Of a DNA stretch of 64,000 nt, positions 20,509 to 31,878 are shown piece by piece. The stretch is from positions 3,677 to 67,676 of the IMG/VR virus record IMGVR_UViG_3300025141_008753; one strand, written 5' to 3'. How positions within the stretch are numbered: the stretch's first letter is position 1; each line of letters starts with the position of its first letter. The translations under genes and the position numbers were made by a program. The notes under the pieces were generated by a model. It was not told where the DNA came from. It was given only the letters and a program-made list of their open reading frames with translations, and made no database searches. The DNA is from a virus.

Positions 20509-21305
20509 AAATAGTCGGATTTTGTCAATTACACAACGAGCTCTCTAACGGTAACCTAGAGAATTGGTTTAAATGCATGGAAGTATGTGATTACATATAC
20601 ATCTATGACCAGAACTCTACTGACGGCAGTAAAGAGTATTATAAGAAGTTTGATAATGTAGTAGTTATTGAATCACCTATTAACGATTACGAGAATGAAC
20701 GTATTTGTAAAGGTACACTTCTGAAAAAACTTCTTAAGGAGCATCCCGACACTGACTGGATTTACTGGATAGACGGTGATACTATGATGGACGGTAGGTT
20801 AATAGGCAACAACGGCTATTACCTACGAGACCTTTGCAGACATTGTTCGGAGCAGAATATTGACGGTATTTATTTTGGTCACTTAAACTTGTGGAGAAGC
20901 GATGTCTGGGTTCGCACTGATAATAACTATGATATGTTTGATAGAGACGGTAGGCGAGCACTATGGAGAAACAATGGTAAATTGTATTTTCATGAACAAG
21001 CAGGTTTGCATGGCAGAAACCCTGATATGACAGATGCGCAAGAGCCTATGGGCATGGAGAGAAGTATACGTGTTCCATTTACCCTTGTTCACCGTGGGTT
21101 TGCTGACGACAAGCAGCTTGTAGGTAAATATGAAAACTACAAAAGCAGAGGGCAGGAAGGAGAATCGTTAGACCGGATAATAGATGAACGAGGTTTAACT
21201 GTACAACCTATTCCGCCCGGTATTCTACCTCATTGGATTGAGCCTAAAGATGTACAGGACCCAAGAGAAAAGGAGAGGTTGGTAGATGCGTACGACAAAA
21301 ATTAA
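20505..21305 (+). CDS. GT2-like glycosyltransferase
   Basis: YDQNSTDGS, WIYWIDGD, VHRGF. Confidence 0.75.
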   Translation: MKIVGFCQLHNELSNGNLENWFKCMEVCDYIYIYDQNSTDGSKEYYKKFDNVVVIESPINDYENERICKGTLLKKLLKEHPDTDWIYWIDGDTMMDGRLIGNNGYYLRDLCRHCSEQNIDGIYFGHLNLWRSDVWVRTDNNYDMFDRDGRRALWRNNGKLYFHEQAGLHGRNPDMTDAQEPMGMERSIRVPFTLVHRGFADDKQLVGKYENYKSRGQEGESLDRIIDERGLTVQPIPPGILPHWIEPKDVQDPREKERLVDAYDKN

Positions 21306-22149
21306 TATAGTTACAGTTAATAGCGGATGGATTCTGCAGAAGATAGCTGAACGTATTCATGACGAACTAAAAAATTTATGTGAGTCGTCTATCTCTCATG
21401 AGCCTGATGAAACTGCGGACGCCAACTTTTATGTTGATGTACAAAACTGTTTCTTTGGACCAACCAAAACGTTTGATATCGGGTATTTCACGCACGTACA
21501 CGAAAATAATCCACAGTGGATTAACCCAACTTGGTTTCAGTTAGATTACATCATGCATATGTGTACCAGGTACTACGATATGTTTAGTAATCACTATCCA
21601 AAAGAGAAGATGCAAGTCGAGTATCAAGGGCAGACGGATTCAGCATTTACTTTGAAGAAACCTGTCTTAGGGGTATTTCAGAGAGGCGGGTTTGAAGGAA
21701 AGGGTGAAGGGGTAATGCATAATCTGATTTCGCGCCCGTGTATGAAAAATTATAAACTACTGTTTGTGGGAGGTGGTTGGGAAAATGTAATGCGGGCTTG
21801 TGAGCAGGCTGGAGTAGAAGCTGAACACGTAACCGATGAGTCGTATGAAAACTATCCTGCCCACTATGACCGTATTGATTATCTTCTCATTCCTTCTCTA
21901 TGGGAAGGAGGACCTATGTCTGTTATAGAAGCCTGCGCTAAAGGGATTCCTATCATAGGCTCGAATGTAGGAGTAATTGGCAAGGACCTGGAGATTGATT
22001 ATATGTACGAACCTGGAGATATTAACGCCCTTGAAGGTATTTTAGACTCTATAATGGAGGAGCCATTAAAGCGCAGAAAAAAAGTGGCGGGTTTATCTTG
22101 GAAAAAGTACGCAGAAACACTATTACAAGTTGTGGAGAATAACATATGA
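21286..22149 (+). CDS. GT4-like glycosyltransferase
   Basis: PSLWEGGPMSVIEACAKGIPIIGSNVG. Confidence 0.85.
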   Translation: MRTTKINIVTVNSGWILQKIAERIHDELKNLCESSISHEPDETADANFYVDVQNCFFGPTKTFDIGYFTHVHENNPQWINPTWFQLDYIMHMCTRYYDMFSNHYPKEKMQVEYQGQTDSAFTLKKPVLGVFQRGGFEGKGEGVMHNLISRPCMKNYKLLFVGGGWENVMRACEQAGVEAEHVTDESYENYPAHYDRIDYLLIPSLWEGGPMSVIEACAKGIPIIGSNVGVIGKDLEIDYMYEPGDINALEGILDSIMEEPLKRRKKVAGLSWKKYAETLLQVVENNI

Positions 22150-22601
22150 AGTTAAATTTAGGATGCGGTAATGATTACAGAGAAGGATGGGTAAATGTGG
22201 ACAGGGGAGACTGTAAGTGTGATGTGGAGCACGACTTGTTCGAGTTTCCTTATCCTTTTGAAGACAGTTCTGTTGATGCTATCTTTCTTTCTCATATGAT
22301 GGAGCATTTCCCAAAGGACATGTTTGTGGATGTTGTTCGTGAGCTTTATAGGATATGTAGAAATGACGCAGAGATTTTAATTATATCCCCTCACGCAGGC
22401 TCCGATAATTTTTGGACCGACCCTACGCATAGCATGCCGTTGACATCTAGAACATTCGATTATTTTGACCGAACTAAACCATTGTTTGAGAACGGGGAGA
22501 TTTATGGTTGGGATGATGTTAATTTTTTGGTACAGGCTGAGGTGGTTCCCAATGAGCCAAATGGACCCGACGTTAAACATTTATTAAAAGTTATAAAATG
22601 A
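22146..22601 (+). CDS. Class I SAM-dependent methyltransferase
   Basis: KLNLGCG, PFEDSSVD, SHMMEH, DPTH. Confidence 0.85.
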   Translation: MKLNLGCGNDYREGWVNVDRGDCKCDVEHDLFEFPYPFEDSSVDAIFLSHMMEHFPKDMFVDVVRELYRICRNDAEILIISPHAGSDNFWTDPTHSMPLTSRTFDYFDRTKPLFENGEIYGWDDVNFLVQAEVVPNEPNGPDVKHLLKVIK

Positions 22602-23404
22602 CACCGTTTACTTATTACACAATTATAGGAAAAGACCCTTCATTGCTGAAAGGTCATTTGGAAAACGTTACTAAGTACGCAGGGTTTGATAAACTTGAAT
22701 GCGAAAAAAGACTTTTGGTTATTGTTTACCGTAATTCGTTAATCACTAAAGAAACCACGGATAAAATACTGGAAGTTTGTGATGAGTACGGCGCTCACCC
22801 AGTTATGTACGATGAGCCTGTAACTGAATTCCTGCCTAATTTATATGCTTGCTGGAACTTAGGTTATGAGTATGCTCTGGACGGGTTTGTGTTTAGGGGA
22901 GGGTCTGACCAAGTGTTCTCCAAGGATTCGTTTGTCTCCTTGCACAGGGTCGCGGAGGAGACGAAAAACCGTAACATAGTACTGCAAGCAAATACCATTG
23001 AAAATGGAGACAGAAATTTGGGCAGCAGGCACATCCTAAAATCTTTTGGGGATACTTTTGAGGGGTTCAAGTTAGAAGAGTTTGAAGAAACTTGCGAAGA
23101 GCTTAACGGAAGCCCTTTCTTGCCTGACGGTGACTTGGTTTCTATTTCGGAAGCACTTGAAGTGTGGGGAAAACCCACATCATTTAATTCTTCTTTAGGG
23201 CATATTAATCGGTGTGACGGATGTTCCTGGTTAATGTCTAAGAAGGATTGGGAAGAGTTCGGTCCTTTACCTATCACAGAAAACGGTCACACAGGAGATG
23301 TTGTTATTCACGATAGGTTACAGAAGGCAGGGTACCAGTCTTATATCGCCAAGGACTGTATTACGTATCATTTTGTTAGAGGCGAGTCTTTAGAAGTACA
23401 ATGA
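22598..23404 (+). CDS. Putative GT-A glycosyltransferase
   Basis: [24 protein letters not shown]; located within the sugar cluster. Confidence 0.55.
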   Translation: MTPFTYYTIIGKDPSLLKGHLENVTKYAGFDKLECEKRLLVIVYRNSLITKETTDKILEVCDEYGAHPVMYDEPVTEFLPNLYACWNLGYEYALDGFVFRGGSDQVFSKDSFVSLHRVAEETKNRNIVLQANTIENGDRNLGSRHILKSFGDTFEGFKLEEFEETCEELNGSPFLPDGDLVSISEALEVWGKPTSFNSSLGHINRCDGCSWLMSKKDWEEFGPLPITENGHTGDVVIHDRLQKAGYQSYIAKDCITYHFVRGESLEVQ

Positions 23405-24366
23405 AAACTGCATTTATTACTGGAATTACGGGGCAAGATGGCTCCTACCTCGCCGAACTTCTTTTGGAGAAGGGGTATACTGTTGTTGGTTTAGTTAGGA
23501 GGGTTTCTACTGAAAATACTCAGCGTATATCTCATATTGAGTCGGAGCGGTTGACCTTGGTTGAGGGAGATGTCACAGACCTGTCATGTTTGGTGCACGC
23601 GATGCAGGAGCATAAACCGGATGAGGTTTATAATTTAGCCGCACAGAGTTTTGTTATGGGCTCATTCGCAGAACCTATTCACACAGCTGAAGTAAATGCG
23701 ATAGGTACTCTTAATGTTTTAGAGGCGGTGCGTATTATGCACCCAACTGCAAAGGTGTACCAAGCTTCTACTAGCGAAATGTTTGGGAAGGTTCGTGAAA
23801 CTCCTCAAAACGAAGACACCCCTTTCCATCCGCGCTCCCCTTACGGAGTAGCGAAAACATACGCCCATTTTATGGTACAGAATTACAGAGAAAGTTATAA
23901 AATATTTGCATGTTGTGGTATCTTGTTTAACCATGAGTCTCCCCGTAGAGGAGAAGAGTTTGTAACACGTAAAATTACTAAAGCGGTTGCTAACATTAAA
24001 AAAGGTAAACAGGATAAGTTATTTTTGGGTAACTTAGACGCAAAGCGTGATTGGGGATTTGCTCCTGATTATGTTGAAGCTATGTGGATGATGTTACAAC
24101 AGGAGAAGCCTGATGATTATGTTATTTCCACAGGAGAGACGCACACTGTTCGAGAGTTCTGTGATGTTGCGTTTTCACGTCAAGGTCTTAACTACAGAGA
24201 TTATGTTGAGGTAGACCCAAAATTTTATAGACCTGCCGAGGTTGAGATTTTGCTAGGAGATAACACCAAAGCTACGACTGTCCTGCAGTGGACACCACGT
24301 CATAGTTTTAAAGACTTAGTTGAAATTATGGTTGATGCTGATGTGACGGGGGGTGAATCTAAATGA
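23401..24366 (+). CDS. gmd: GDP-mannose 4,6-dehydratase
   Basis: [48 protein letters not shown]. Confidence 0.96.
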   Translation: MKTAFITGITGQDGSYLAELLLEKGYTVVGLVRRVSTENTQRISHIESERLTLVEGDVTDLSCLVHAMQEHKPDEVYNLAAQSFVMGSFAEPIHTAEVNAIGTLNVLEAVRIMHPTAKVYQASTSEMFGKVRETPQNEDTPFHPRSPYGVAKTYAHFMVQNYRESYKIFACCGILFNHESPRRGEEFVTRKITKAVANIKKGKQDKLFLGNLDAKRDWGFAPDYVEAMWMMLQQEKPDDYVISTGETHTVREFCDVAFSRQGLNYRDYVEVDPKFYRPAEVEILLGDNTKATTVLQWTPRHSFKDLVEIMVDADVTGGESK

Positions 24367-25160
24367 AAATAGGAATTATGGGCGTGGGCGCCGTTGGTAG
24401 CGCTATTAAATATGGGTTTGAAAAGCTGGGGCATGATGTCTTTGGATATGATACAGCAGATTTTGAGACCGAGTTTCGGGACGTACTATACACGGACATT
24501 TGTTATATTTGTGTACCTACCCCCAAAAATGAAGATGGCTCCTGCAACGTAGGCATTGTGGACAAATGCGTAAGGGACCTCATCGCCGCCGACTACACCG
24601 GTATTATAGCTATTAAATCTACGGTTTCTCCAGGAACCACGCAAAGGCTGATTGATTCGTTCGGAGATAGAATATGTTTTGTGCCTGAGTTCCTTCGTGA
24701 GAGATGCGCTATCACAGATTTCATGGAATCGCATGATGTGTGTATTATAGGCACGGAGGATAAGGAAGTGTTTAAGGCTGTTAGAAAGTCTCATGGTCGT
24801 TACCCTAGGAAGGTTGTACAGGTATCCCCAACGGAAGCTGAGATGTGCAAGTATTTTAATAACATATACAATGCTACGTTGATAACATTCGCTAACAGCA
24901 TGTTTGAAGTGTGCGAGGTTCTGGGCGCTGACTACACCGCAGTTAAAGAAGCGATGACCGAACGCATACATATTTTTGATAGGTACTTAGACTGTAACCC
25001 CAAGACACGAGGGTTTGGTGGGGTGTGCTTGCCCAAAGATACAGCCGCGTTAGATAGCTTGTGCAAAGACCTTTCTATCGATGTAGAGTTGTTTGGGTGC
25101 CTACTCAAAGAAAACAACAAATACGAGACTACAGTATTCGAGGGTATGAGGAAAATATAA
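24363..25160 (+). CDS. UDP-glucose/GDP-mannose dehydrogenase family, lacking the C-terminal domain
   Basis: [34 protein letters not shown]. Confidence 0.88.
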   Translation: MKIGIMGVGAVGSAIKYGFEKLGHDVFGYDTADFETEFRDVLYTDICYICVPTPKNEDGSCNVGIVDKCVRDLIAADYTGIIAIKSTVSPGTTQRLIDSFGDRICFVPEFLRERCAITDFMESHDVCIIGTEDKEVFKAVRKSHGRYPRKVVQVSPTEAEMCKYFNNIYNATLITFANSMFEVCEVLGADYTAVKEAMTERIHIFDRYLDCNPKTRGFGGVCLPKDTAALDSLCKDLSIDVELFGCLLKENNKYETTVFEGMRKI

Positions 25161-25161
25161 C

Positions 25162-26184
25162 ATGAAAACAGTATTAGTAACAGGAAGCCAAGGGTTCATC
25201 GGGTCGTACGTGTGTACGGAGCTGTTAAACAAAGGGTATAAAGTAATAGGGGTGGACAACTACTCAAAGTACGGAGAGGTACAAAGAGCCCACGACACTC
25301 ATGAACATTTTCGCCTTATTGAGTGCGATGTACGATGTCTTAGCAATCATCTCGACAAACTTTCTGACGTGGAATACATTATAGCAGGTGCAGCTATGAT
25401 TGGAGGTATTAGTTATTTCCATAAATATGCTTATGATTTGTTAGCGACCAACGAAAGGATTCTCGCCGAGACCTTTGACGTTGCCATCAACTTGCGCCTT
25501 CACGGGAAGCTAAGCAAAGTAGTAGTTCTGTCCAGTAGCATGGTATTCGAGAACACAGACGTTTACCCTACCCCAGAAAGCGAGGTAGAGGTAAGCCCAC
25601 CGCCCCTAAGTACTTACGGGTTCCAGAAGCTGGCTTCGGAGTTCTTTGCAAAAGGAGCATGGGAACAGTACGGTATCCCTTACACTATCATTAGACCATT
25701 TAACTGTGTAGGTATTGGTGAGGAGGAGTCGTTACAGGATGAGGAGTATTACGTAGGCAACCACAAACTACTGATGAGCCACGTATTACCTGACCTAATC
25801 CATAAAGCACTTACTTTAGGTCCTAATGAAAAGCTGCCTATTTTGGGAGACGGTTCACAAGTAAGATGTTATACCAATGGGAAAGATATTGCCCGAGGTA
25901 TCGTTATAGCTATGGAAAGCGAAAAAGCTCTTAACGAAGACTTTAATATTTCTACTCCCACACCCACGACGGTTAAAGAGTTGGCGCAGGAGATTTGGAG
26001 CCAACTGTACCCAGTAGGACCCCAATTAGATTTTGAGTACCAAGAGCCGTTTATGTATGATGTACAGAAACGAATACCTGACGTTAGGAAAGCAGAAGAG
26101 CTTCTAGGGTTCAAAACCGAAATCAGTTTATCTGAAAGTGTCGGAGAAGTAATAGAATGGATGAAACAAAAATTAGTAAAGTAA
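25162..26184 (+). CDS. NAD-dependent epimerase/decarboxylase (UDP-glucuronate decarboxylase-like)
   Basis: TGSQGFIG, YGFQK, TIIRPFNCVG, QVRCY. Confidence 0.8.
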   Translation: MKTVLVTGSQGFIGSYVCTELLNKGYKVIGVDNYSKYGEVQRAHDTHEHFRLIECDVRCLSNHLDKLSDVEYIIAGAAMIGGISYFHKYAYDLLATNERILAETFDVAINLRLHGKLSKVVVLSSSMVFENTDVYPTPESEVEVSPPPLSTYGFQKLASEFFAKGAWEQYGIPYTIIRPFNCVGIGEEESLQDEEYYVGNHKLLMSHVLPDLIHKALTLGPNEKLPILGDGSQVRCYTNGKDIARGIVIAMESEKALNEDFNISTPTPTTVKELAQEIWSQLYPVGPQLDFEYQEPFMYDVQKRIPDVRKAEELLGFKTEISLSESVGEVIEWMKQKLVK

Positions 26185-26516
26185 TAAACAGTATTATAAC
26201 AGATACGATTCACGATTTCCCTTCAGGGGCTTATGAGTTGGAGCAGGTCCCCTGCCCTTTTGAGACCTTGTTAAGTTTTGGGGAGTTAGTAGACCGCCTG
26301 TCAATAGTAAATTTTAAACTGTACAACTTGAAAGATAAGGTTATGGAAAGCGAAGACCCTGAGTTTAAGGCTTGGGCTTCTGAACATGACGTAATTCTGG
26401 TCGAGGAAAGAGCTAGATTAAAAAAGTGCATAGATTTAAAACTTTTATCTATTATAAAGGGAGCCAACTCAGGCTCGGACACGTTTAACCCCGAAGTAAA
26501 GAGGTACGGAAAATGA
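26157..26516 (+). CDS. Hypothetical helical protein
   Basis: SFGELVDRLSI motif, of a kind often seen next to glycosyltransferase genes. Confidence 0.6.
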   Translation: MDETKISKVINSIITDTIHDFPSGAYELEQVPCPFETLLSFGELVDRLSIVNFKLYNLKDKVMESEDPEFKAWASEHDVILVEERARLKKCIDLKLLSIIKGANSGSDTFNPEVKRYGK

Positions 26517-27469
26517 AAGTATTAGTAGTAGGTGGTGCAGGGTACATCGGAGGATGTACCGTAGACACGTTAATTGGCGGCTCTGGTCATGAGGTTACTG
26601 TATATGATAATCTCATGTATGAAAATATGTATTTAAAGCCGGTTAAATTCATCGCAGGGGATATTAGAGACCCTGAGCTTTATACTGATATCTTACCGAA
26701 CTACGATGCCGTGGTCTGGTTGGCGGCTATAGTAGGGGACGGTGCTTGTACCGTTGACCCCGCTCTAACCACCGAGGTTAACTACACTTGCGTGAAGCGC
26801 TTGGTTGATAGTTATAAAGGACGAATCGTCTTCACTTCTACGTGTTCTGTTTACGGTAAGAATGACGCAATCATTGACGAAGAAGCAGAACCAAACCCCC
26901 TTTCCCTGTATGCTAAAACTAAATTGCAGGCTGAGCAGTACCTCGTGGAAAACCATAAAGACTATCTTATTTTTAGATTAGGGACTTTGTTCGGGCTTAG
27001 CGACCAGTACTCTAGACTTCGTTTGGATTTGGTCGTTAATATCTTAACGAAGAAGGCTACTAGCGGGGAGGACCTAACTGTCTTTGGTGGAGAGCAATGG
27101 AGACCGTTACTGCACGTTAAAGATGTAGCGAGTGCCGTTGCGTATGGCTTAGATAATAGTATTGTAGGTTTATATAACCTTAGCTATGATAACTTTACTA
27201 TCAGTGAGTTAGCCCGCACAATTCAAGGGCAGATTCCAGGCGTTAATATCGTGGAAACTGATTTGGCATTTGAGGATATGAGAAATTACAAGGTTAAAAC
27301 GGACTTGTTCGCAGCGACGGGATGGACCCCAATGTGGACATTGGCTGACGGCATTAGTGAGCTACACACAGTAATGAAAGAAGGTAGAATCACGAACGCG
27401 AATAATCCGGTTTATAATAACCACGCATACATGAAATCAAGAGCAGTAGCAGAGGGGTGGGTATCATGA
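26513..27469 (+). CDS. NAD-dependent epimerase/dehydratase
   Basis: GGAGYIG, STCSVYG, YAKTK, QWRPLLHV. Confidence 0.88.
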   Translation: MKVLVVGGAGYIGGCTVDTLIGGSGHEVTVYDNLMYENMYLKPVKFIAGDIRDPELYTDILPNYDAVVWLAAIVGDGACTVDPALTTEVNYTCVKRLVDSYKGRIVFTSTCSVYGKNDAIIDEEAEPNPLSLYAKTKLQAEQYLVENHKDYLIFRLGTLFGLSDQYSRLRLDLVVNILTKKATSGEDLTVFGGEQWRPLLHVKDVASAVAYGLDNSIVGLYNLSYDNFTISELARTIQGQIPGVNIVETDLAFEDMRNYKVKTDLFAATGWTPMWTLADGISELHTVMKEGRITNANNPVYNNHAYMKSRAVAEGWVS

Positions 27470-27888
27470 GACCGTGGACAATAGATGGTGGAGTTGCCGT
27501 CGATGACAGGGGTTCTGTACGGTTTGTTAACGATTTTACCTTTTCAAATATTAGTAGGTTCTACCAAGTAGAAAACCATAAACGCGGTACTGTTAGAGCA
27601 TGGCACGGACACAAAACAGAAGCAAAATATGTGTATGTAGTGAAAGGCTCAGCTAAAATAGCAACAGTATCAATGCGCGAAGATGACCCTACTCCTAAAG
27701 TATGTGTTATGAGCGACAAAAATCCCCAAGTACTTTACGTTCCGGAGATGCATTACAACGGGTTTCAAACTTTGGAAGAAGATACGATTGTTATGTTCTT
27801 TTCTACAAAGCCGTTAGAAGATAGTTTAAAGGACGACTTCAGAGAAGATTGGAACAAGTGGAATGTCTGGGAGGATGACTACAGGTAA
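27466..27888 (+). CDS. RmlC-like cupin (sugar 3,5-epimerase/isomerase)
   Basis: DDRG, RAWHGH, YNGFQTL. Confidence 0.8.
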   Translation: MRPWTIDGGVAVDDRGSVRFVNDFTFSNISRFYQVENHKRGTVRAWHGHKTEAKYVYVVKGSAKIATVSMREDDPTPKVCVMSDKNPQVLYVPEMHYNGFQTLEEDTIVMFFSTKPLEDSLKDDFREDWNKWNVWEDDYR

Positions 27889-28076
27889 TGGCAGTAGAGA
27901 CTCGGGTACGAAGCCTTCTCAAGACCGTAGTGTGGAGAGTAGTTGCAACGGCTAATAGTTACCTGGTTTTAGTCTCTGATTTCTGCCAAACAAATATAGA
28001 GAGCGCTGTTCTAATGAACATTACAGGGTTCTTTATTTTTTACGCGCATGAGCGTGTATGGGCACACATAAAATAA
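27888..28076 (+). CDS. DUF2061-like small membrane protein
   Basis: ETRVRSLLKTVVWR...YAHERVW. Confidence 0.7.
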   Translation: MAVETRVRSLLKTVVWRVVATANSYLVLVSDFCQTNIESAVLMNITGFFIFYAHERVWAHIK

Positions 28077-28081
28077 ATAAA

Positions 28082-28948
28082 ATGGCAAAAGTATTAGTAT
28101 TAGGTTCAACGGGGATGTTAGGTTCTCAAGTAATGAAAACTCTCAAAGAGAAAGGTCATACTGTTAAAGGGACAATTCGTCCCTATAGCTCTCAGCAGCC
28201 ACTGGCGACAGCTATTAAATCCCAACACTCAGACCGGACAGAAGGGTTGGTAACCTTCGACGCTTACCATGACCGTGAGATGGCTCTTATCCCTATGTTG
28301 GATTGGGCTGATTATGTCATTAACTGTATCGGAATAATTAAGCCCTTTATGAACAAATACATGGCAGCGAGTATTAAAGTTAACTCTATCTTTCCAAGGA
28401 TGATGGCTCAGATGATAGAAAAGTTTGACGGTAAGACTAAGTTCATTCATATCACGACGGACTGCGTTTACTCAGGGCAACAGCCTACGGCTTCGGTGGA
28501 AAGCACCCCACACGACGCTCTGGACGAGTACGGAAAGAGCAAGTCTCTAGGTGAGCCGGTTGATACGTGCATGGTTCTTCGAACCAGTATTATAGGTGAG
28601 GAAATGGATAAACACGCTAGTCTAATTTCATGGGTTAAATCCCAAAAAGGGGAAGAGATTGATGGGTACAGCCACCACTTATGGAACGGTGTAACCACGG
28701 CTCAATACGCTGACGTAATACATCAGATTATGGAAAAAGAGTTGTTTGAAATTGGTTTGTTTCACGTACATTCTAATACAGTAAACAAGTTTCAACTAAT
28801 GAACATGTTGAATGAGCGATTTGATTTAAGTCTCAAGATTAATGAGGTGGAAGGGTTCCCTGTAGTGAACAGGGCTCTGGCTACAGAAAAAGGTCTTATG
28901 GATAAATTAGAAATTCTACCATTGTCTGAACAGATTAAAGCTATATAA
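28082..28948 (+). CDS. RmlD-like nucleotide-sugar reductase
   Basis: GSTGMLG, INCIG, ITTDCVYSG, YGKSKSLGE, RTSIIG. Confidence 0.88.
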   Translation: MAKVLVLGSTGMLGSQVMKTLKEKGHTVKGTIRPYSSQQPLATAIKSQHSDRTEGLVTFDAYHDREMALIPMLDWADYVINCIGIIKPFMNKYMAASIKVNSIFPRMMAQMIEKFDGKTKFIHITTDCVYSGQQPTASVESTPHDALDEYGKSKSLGEPVDTCMVLRTSIIGEEMDKHASLISWVKSQKGEEIDGYSHHLWNGVTTAQYADVIHQIMEKELFEIGLFHVHSNTVNKFQLMNMLNERFDLSLKINEVEGFPVVNRALATEKGLMDKLEILPLSEQIKAI

Positions 28949-28951
28949 AGT

Positions 28952-29095
28952 ATGAAACGATTTACCAAATTCCGTCACTTTATGCCTGGTAGCCCTATGT
29001 GGAGAGAGGAGCAAGCGCGCATACTCGCCGAAGAAGAAGCAGCTAAAGCTAAGTCTAAAAAGAAAAAGACTACCAAGAAAAACCCCAAGAAATAG
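28952..29095 (+). CDS. Small Lys-rich protein (47 aa)
   Basis: Manually translated MKRFTKFRHFMPGSP...KKNPKK; fills the gap after the reductase. Confidence 0.5.
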   Translation: MKRFTKFRHFMPGSPMWREEQARILAEEEAAKAKSKKKKTTKKNPKK

Positions 29096-29146
29096 TTCAG
29101 GTTAAAGCGAAGTTTTTTTTAGTTTAGGTCAGAGGTACCACCTAGA

Positions 29147-29154
29147 TATAAATA
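29147..29154 (+). promoter_or_regulatory. Possible T4-type late promoter TATAAATA
   Basis: Exact TATAAATA 10 nt before the ATG at 29165; a gp55-like sigma is present in the window. Confidence 0.4.
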
Positions 29155-29164
29155 GGAAAACATC

Positions 29165-30157
29165 ATGCCTCAACAACTCAATCCAACACCAACTAACACT
29201 TCCATAGCTGTCTCTGGCGGCGGTGGAAATACTACAACTTCCGGCACAATACCACGCGGGGGTTGGACAGGCGCCTCGGGCACTTTTTCAGGTCCTCATT
29301 TTATTGAGGAGCAGTCGATGCATATAGACTATTGGCGCGATGCATCGTGGACATGGAATACTCTTAACCCTAACGACTTCAGCCTGAGCTCAAGTGCACC
29401 AATAATCACCAACCTTTCAGGCTCTGTTGCATGGTCTAATGTAAATGTAAAAGTAGTCGGGTCAGTAATCCGCTATAAAAGCGATGACCTATACGGCACA
29501 TCCTCCTTCCAACAGGCGCAAAGATTTGAAGTTCTGTCAACTAGTGCAGATGCTCAAGGGTATACTTATGGCGCTGTCCCAACCGGAGCTTTAGGACCTG
29601 CAGGCAGCATTGTAACCACTCAAAAGTTTTATTCTAGGCGACCATGGATGTCAACCGATACATCGTGCTCGTATACTGCAGAGGGTTACAGCTACGCCTT
29701 CGAACCGAGCGGCATAGGTATTATGGGACAGGCTGGGTGTGCATTTGTACCTAACTACGGCGGACCGTACGGTCAAGGTGGCGACCTGCAAATGCACGCC
29801 ATAGGGTTAACTTACTTAACCGAACTCAAAGAAAGAGAAGAGCTCCGCCCGACATGGAATCCCGACTGGGTTTGGATTGTGCCATACAGTTGGAGTGTGC
29901 CGGGTCGACTAATGGGACCTTACCAAGCAGCGAACGACCAAGCATACTTTGTACCGCAGGTCGTGGACTGGTGTGGGCGAATGATTCAATGTGGCTACAG
30001 TTTATATAATGGTGAGATAGCGACAGAAGACCCTGGCACCGCCGCAAACAATTACTACCCGTCCACTTACATCGCTAGGGGCGCACTCCACGCTTTCGAT
30101 GCCTCCGCTGGCGGAGCTATCACCGAGTACGACATAAACCGCCACGATTTTAGTTAA
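29165..30157 (+). CDS. Hypothetical, probably virion protein (Ser/Thr/Gly-rich)
   Basis: 330 aa, beta-type composition, follows the late-promoter-like box. Confidence 0.6.
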   Translation: MPQQLNPTPTNTSIAVSGGGGNTTTSGTIPRGGWTGASGTFSGPHFIEEQSMHIDYWRDASWTWNTLNPNDFSLSSSAPIITNLSGSVAWSNVNVKVVGSVIRYKSDDLYGTSSFQQAQRFEVLSTSADAQGYTYGAVPTGALGPAGSIVTTQKFYSRRPWMSTDTSCSYTAEGYSYAFEPSGIGIMGQAGCAFVPNYGGPYGQGGDLQMHAIGLTYLTELKEREELRPTWNPDWVWIVPYSWSVPGRLMGPYQAANDQAYFVPQVVDWCGRMIQCGYSLYNGEIATEDPGTAANNYYPSTYIARGALHAFDASAGGAITEYDINRHDFS

Positions 30158-30197
30158 AAGTACCGTCTAATTTACCTAGCCATGCCTATAATAAGGC

Positions 30198-31172
30198 ATG
30201 GCTAGTATTCTAGATGATATATGTAAGCGCCTTGACGGCGCTAGTTTGCTTTCTGAGGAAGGGCAGGTTTACGGTTACGTAGACTCCGGCTCCTACGCCC
30301 TTAATAAGATTATTTCGGGGAGGTACGATGGCGGTTATCCTATTGGAGCGATTACCGAAATTTACGGAGAAAGTAGTACGGCGAAAACAGTTTTTCTAAC
30401 ACACGCTTTTGTAGGAGCACAAAAGAAAGGCTACTACACAGTCATGATAGATAACGAGCACGCCTACTCACCGTCTTTTGCCAAGACATTAGGCGTAGAC
30501 CCAGAGAGGCTAATCTATCAAATGCCAGAGACAATGGAAGATTGTTTTGAGGCTATTGAGACTGTTATCGGAGCTATTCGGGAGCACGATAAAGACACCC
30601 CAATTGTTATCGGTTACGACTCCATTGGAGTTTCTCCTACCCGAAAGGAAATGGATGATACGTTTGGAAAGAACAGCGAGATGGGTGGAGCTCTACGAGC
30701 GAAGGTAGCAGGTCAATGCCTGCGTCGAATTAACCCACTTCTCCGCAAGCACAAGGCGGCACTCCTTATTGTAAACCAAGTACGAAGTAAGGTAGGTGTT
30801 ATGTTTGGTGACCCTCGCACTAAAGCGGGTGGAGGTAAAGCACTGCTTTACTACTGCGGCGTTTCTTTGGAAACACAGTCTGCTAAGAGCGATGTCCTGT
30901 ATGATGACCTGAAGAATCCTATAGGTATTAAAGGTAATATTAAATGTGTTAAGAATAAAGTTACCGTACCTTATCAGGAATGTGAGTTTAGGTTAGTGTA
31001 CGATGAAGGTCTGCGACGAGATACAGGGCTGACCACGTTCATGGCTAAGAAAGGGCAGGTGACGGTACCTTCCAAAGGTTGGTATAGTGCTGATGGCGGC
31101 AAAACGAAATCCCGAGCCGTCGACTTAAATAAGGTTCTATGTGAGAGAATTGAGAAGGGAGAAATTGAATGA
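30198..31172 (+). CDS. recA: RecA/UvsX recombinase
   Basis: EIYGESSTAKT, IDNEHA, YDSIG, VNQVR, GGKALLYY, KNKV. Confidence 0.93.
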   Translation: MASILDDICKRLDGASLLSEEGQVYGYVDSGSYALNKIISGRYDGGYPIGAITEIYGESSTAKTVFLTHAFVGAQKKGYYTVMIDNEHAYSPSFAKTLGVDPERLIYQMPETMEDCFEAIETVIGAIREHDKDTPIVIGYDSIGVSPTRKEMDDTFGKNSEMGGALRAKVAGQCLRRINPLLRKHKAALLIVNQVRSKVGVMFGDPRTKAGGGKALLYYCGVSLETQSAKSDVLYDDLKNPIGIKGNIKCVKNKVTVPYQECEFRLVYDEGLRRDTGLTTFMAKKGQVTVPSKGWYSADGGKTKSRAVDLNKVLCERIEKGEIE

Positions 31173-31600
31173 AGCTCCATAAAATAGAGAAATTCATGGA
31201 TGCTCGGGGGTGGAGTATGAACGATATTTACGCTTGTACCCCTGTGGGTAGCACCGATGATTACCAAATCAATTATTCGGTACTGTACCCAGGAATTATT
31301 AAAGCGTGGCACCGTCACAAACATCAGAATGATTTCTTTTGCGTGTTGCATGGCACCGCACAGGTCGGGATATACAATCCCGATACACAGGAAGCCACCA
31401 AGCTCTTTGTCGGGGATATGAATCCTCAGATAATCGAGATTGAAGCGGGAGAATGGCACGGTCTGACAGCCGTGGGACCACAGCCTGTAGGTTTACTGTA
31501 TCTTGTTACTAACCAATATAACCCAAGCGAGCCAGATGAAGAGCGGGCTAGCTGGGCTTCCTTTGTAGGCTCTGAATGGTGGCTACCAGAAAACAAATGA
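31169..31600 (+). CDS. rmlC: RmlC-like dTDP-4-dehydrorhamnose 3,5-epimerase
   Basis: DARGW, KAWHRH, WHGL, NQYNP..PDEER. Confidence 0.75.
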   Translation: MKLHKIEKFMDARGWSMNDIYACTPVGSTDDYQINYSVLYPGIIKAWHRHKHQNDFFCVLHGTAQVGIYNPDTQEATKLFVGDMNPQIIEIEAGEWHGLTAVGPQPVGLLYLVTNQYNPSEPDEERASWASFVGSEWWLPENK

Positions 31601-31878
31601 TGCCTCCCATTGTTAATGAGGTTTTAGGGTTTATTTTAGCTATTGGAATTTTGCTATGGTTGGGAGCAGCTCCTGTAATAGCGTTGAGAAGCTTAAAAAC
31701 TGTAGTGAAACCCAAGAAAGTTAAAAAGGCTAAGACCGCCGAGAAAAAAGTGGCGAAAACGCCCAAGGTACCGGCAAACGTCATACCCGGGTGTAGCCCG
31801 GAATACGAAATAAACGATAATTTTAGTTGGAATAATGAGCACAGTCGCAGTAAAAGGAAAAGGCTACTTCACAGGTAG
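31597..31878 (+). CDS. Membrane-anchored basic hypothetical protein
   Basis: N-terminal hydrophobic helix followed by a Lys-rich tail. Confidence 0.6.
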   Translation: MMPPIVNEVLGFILAIGILLWLGAAPVIALRSLKTVVKPKKVKKAKTAEKKVAKTPKVPANVIPGCSPEYEINDNFSWNNEHSRSKRKRLLHR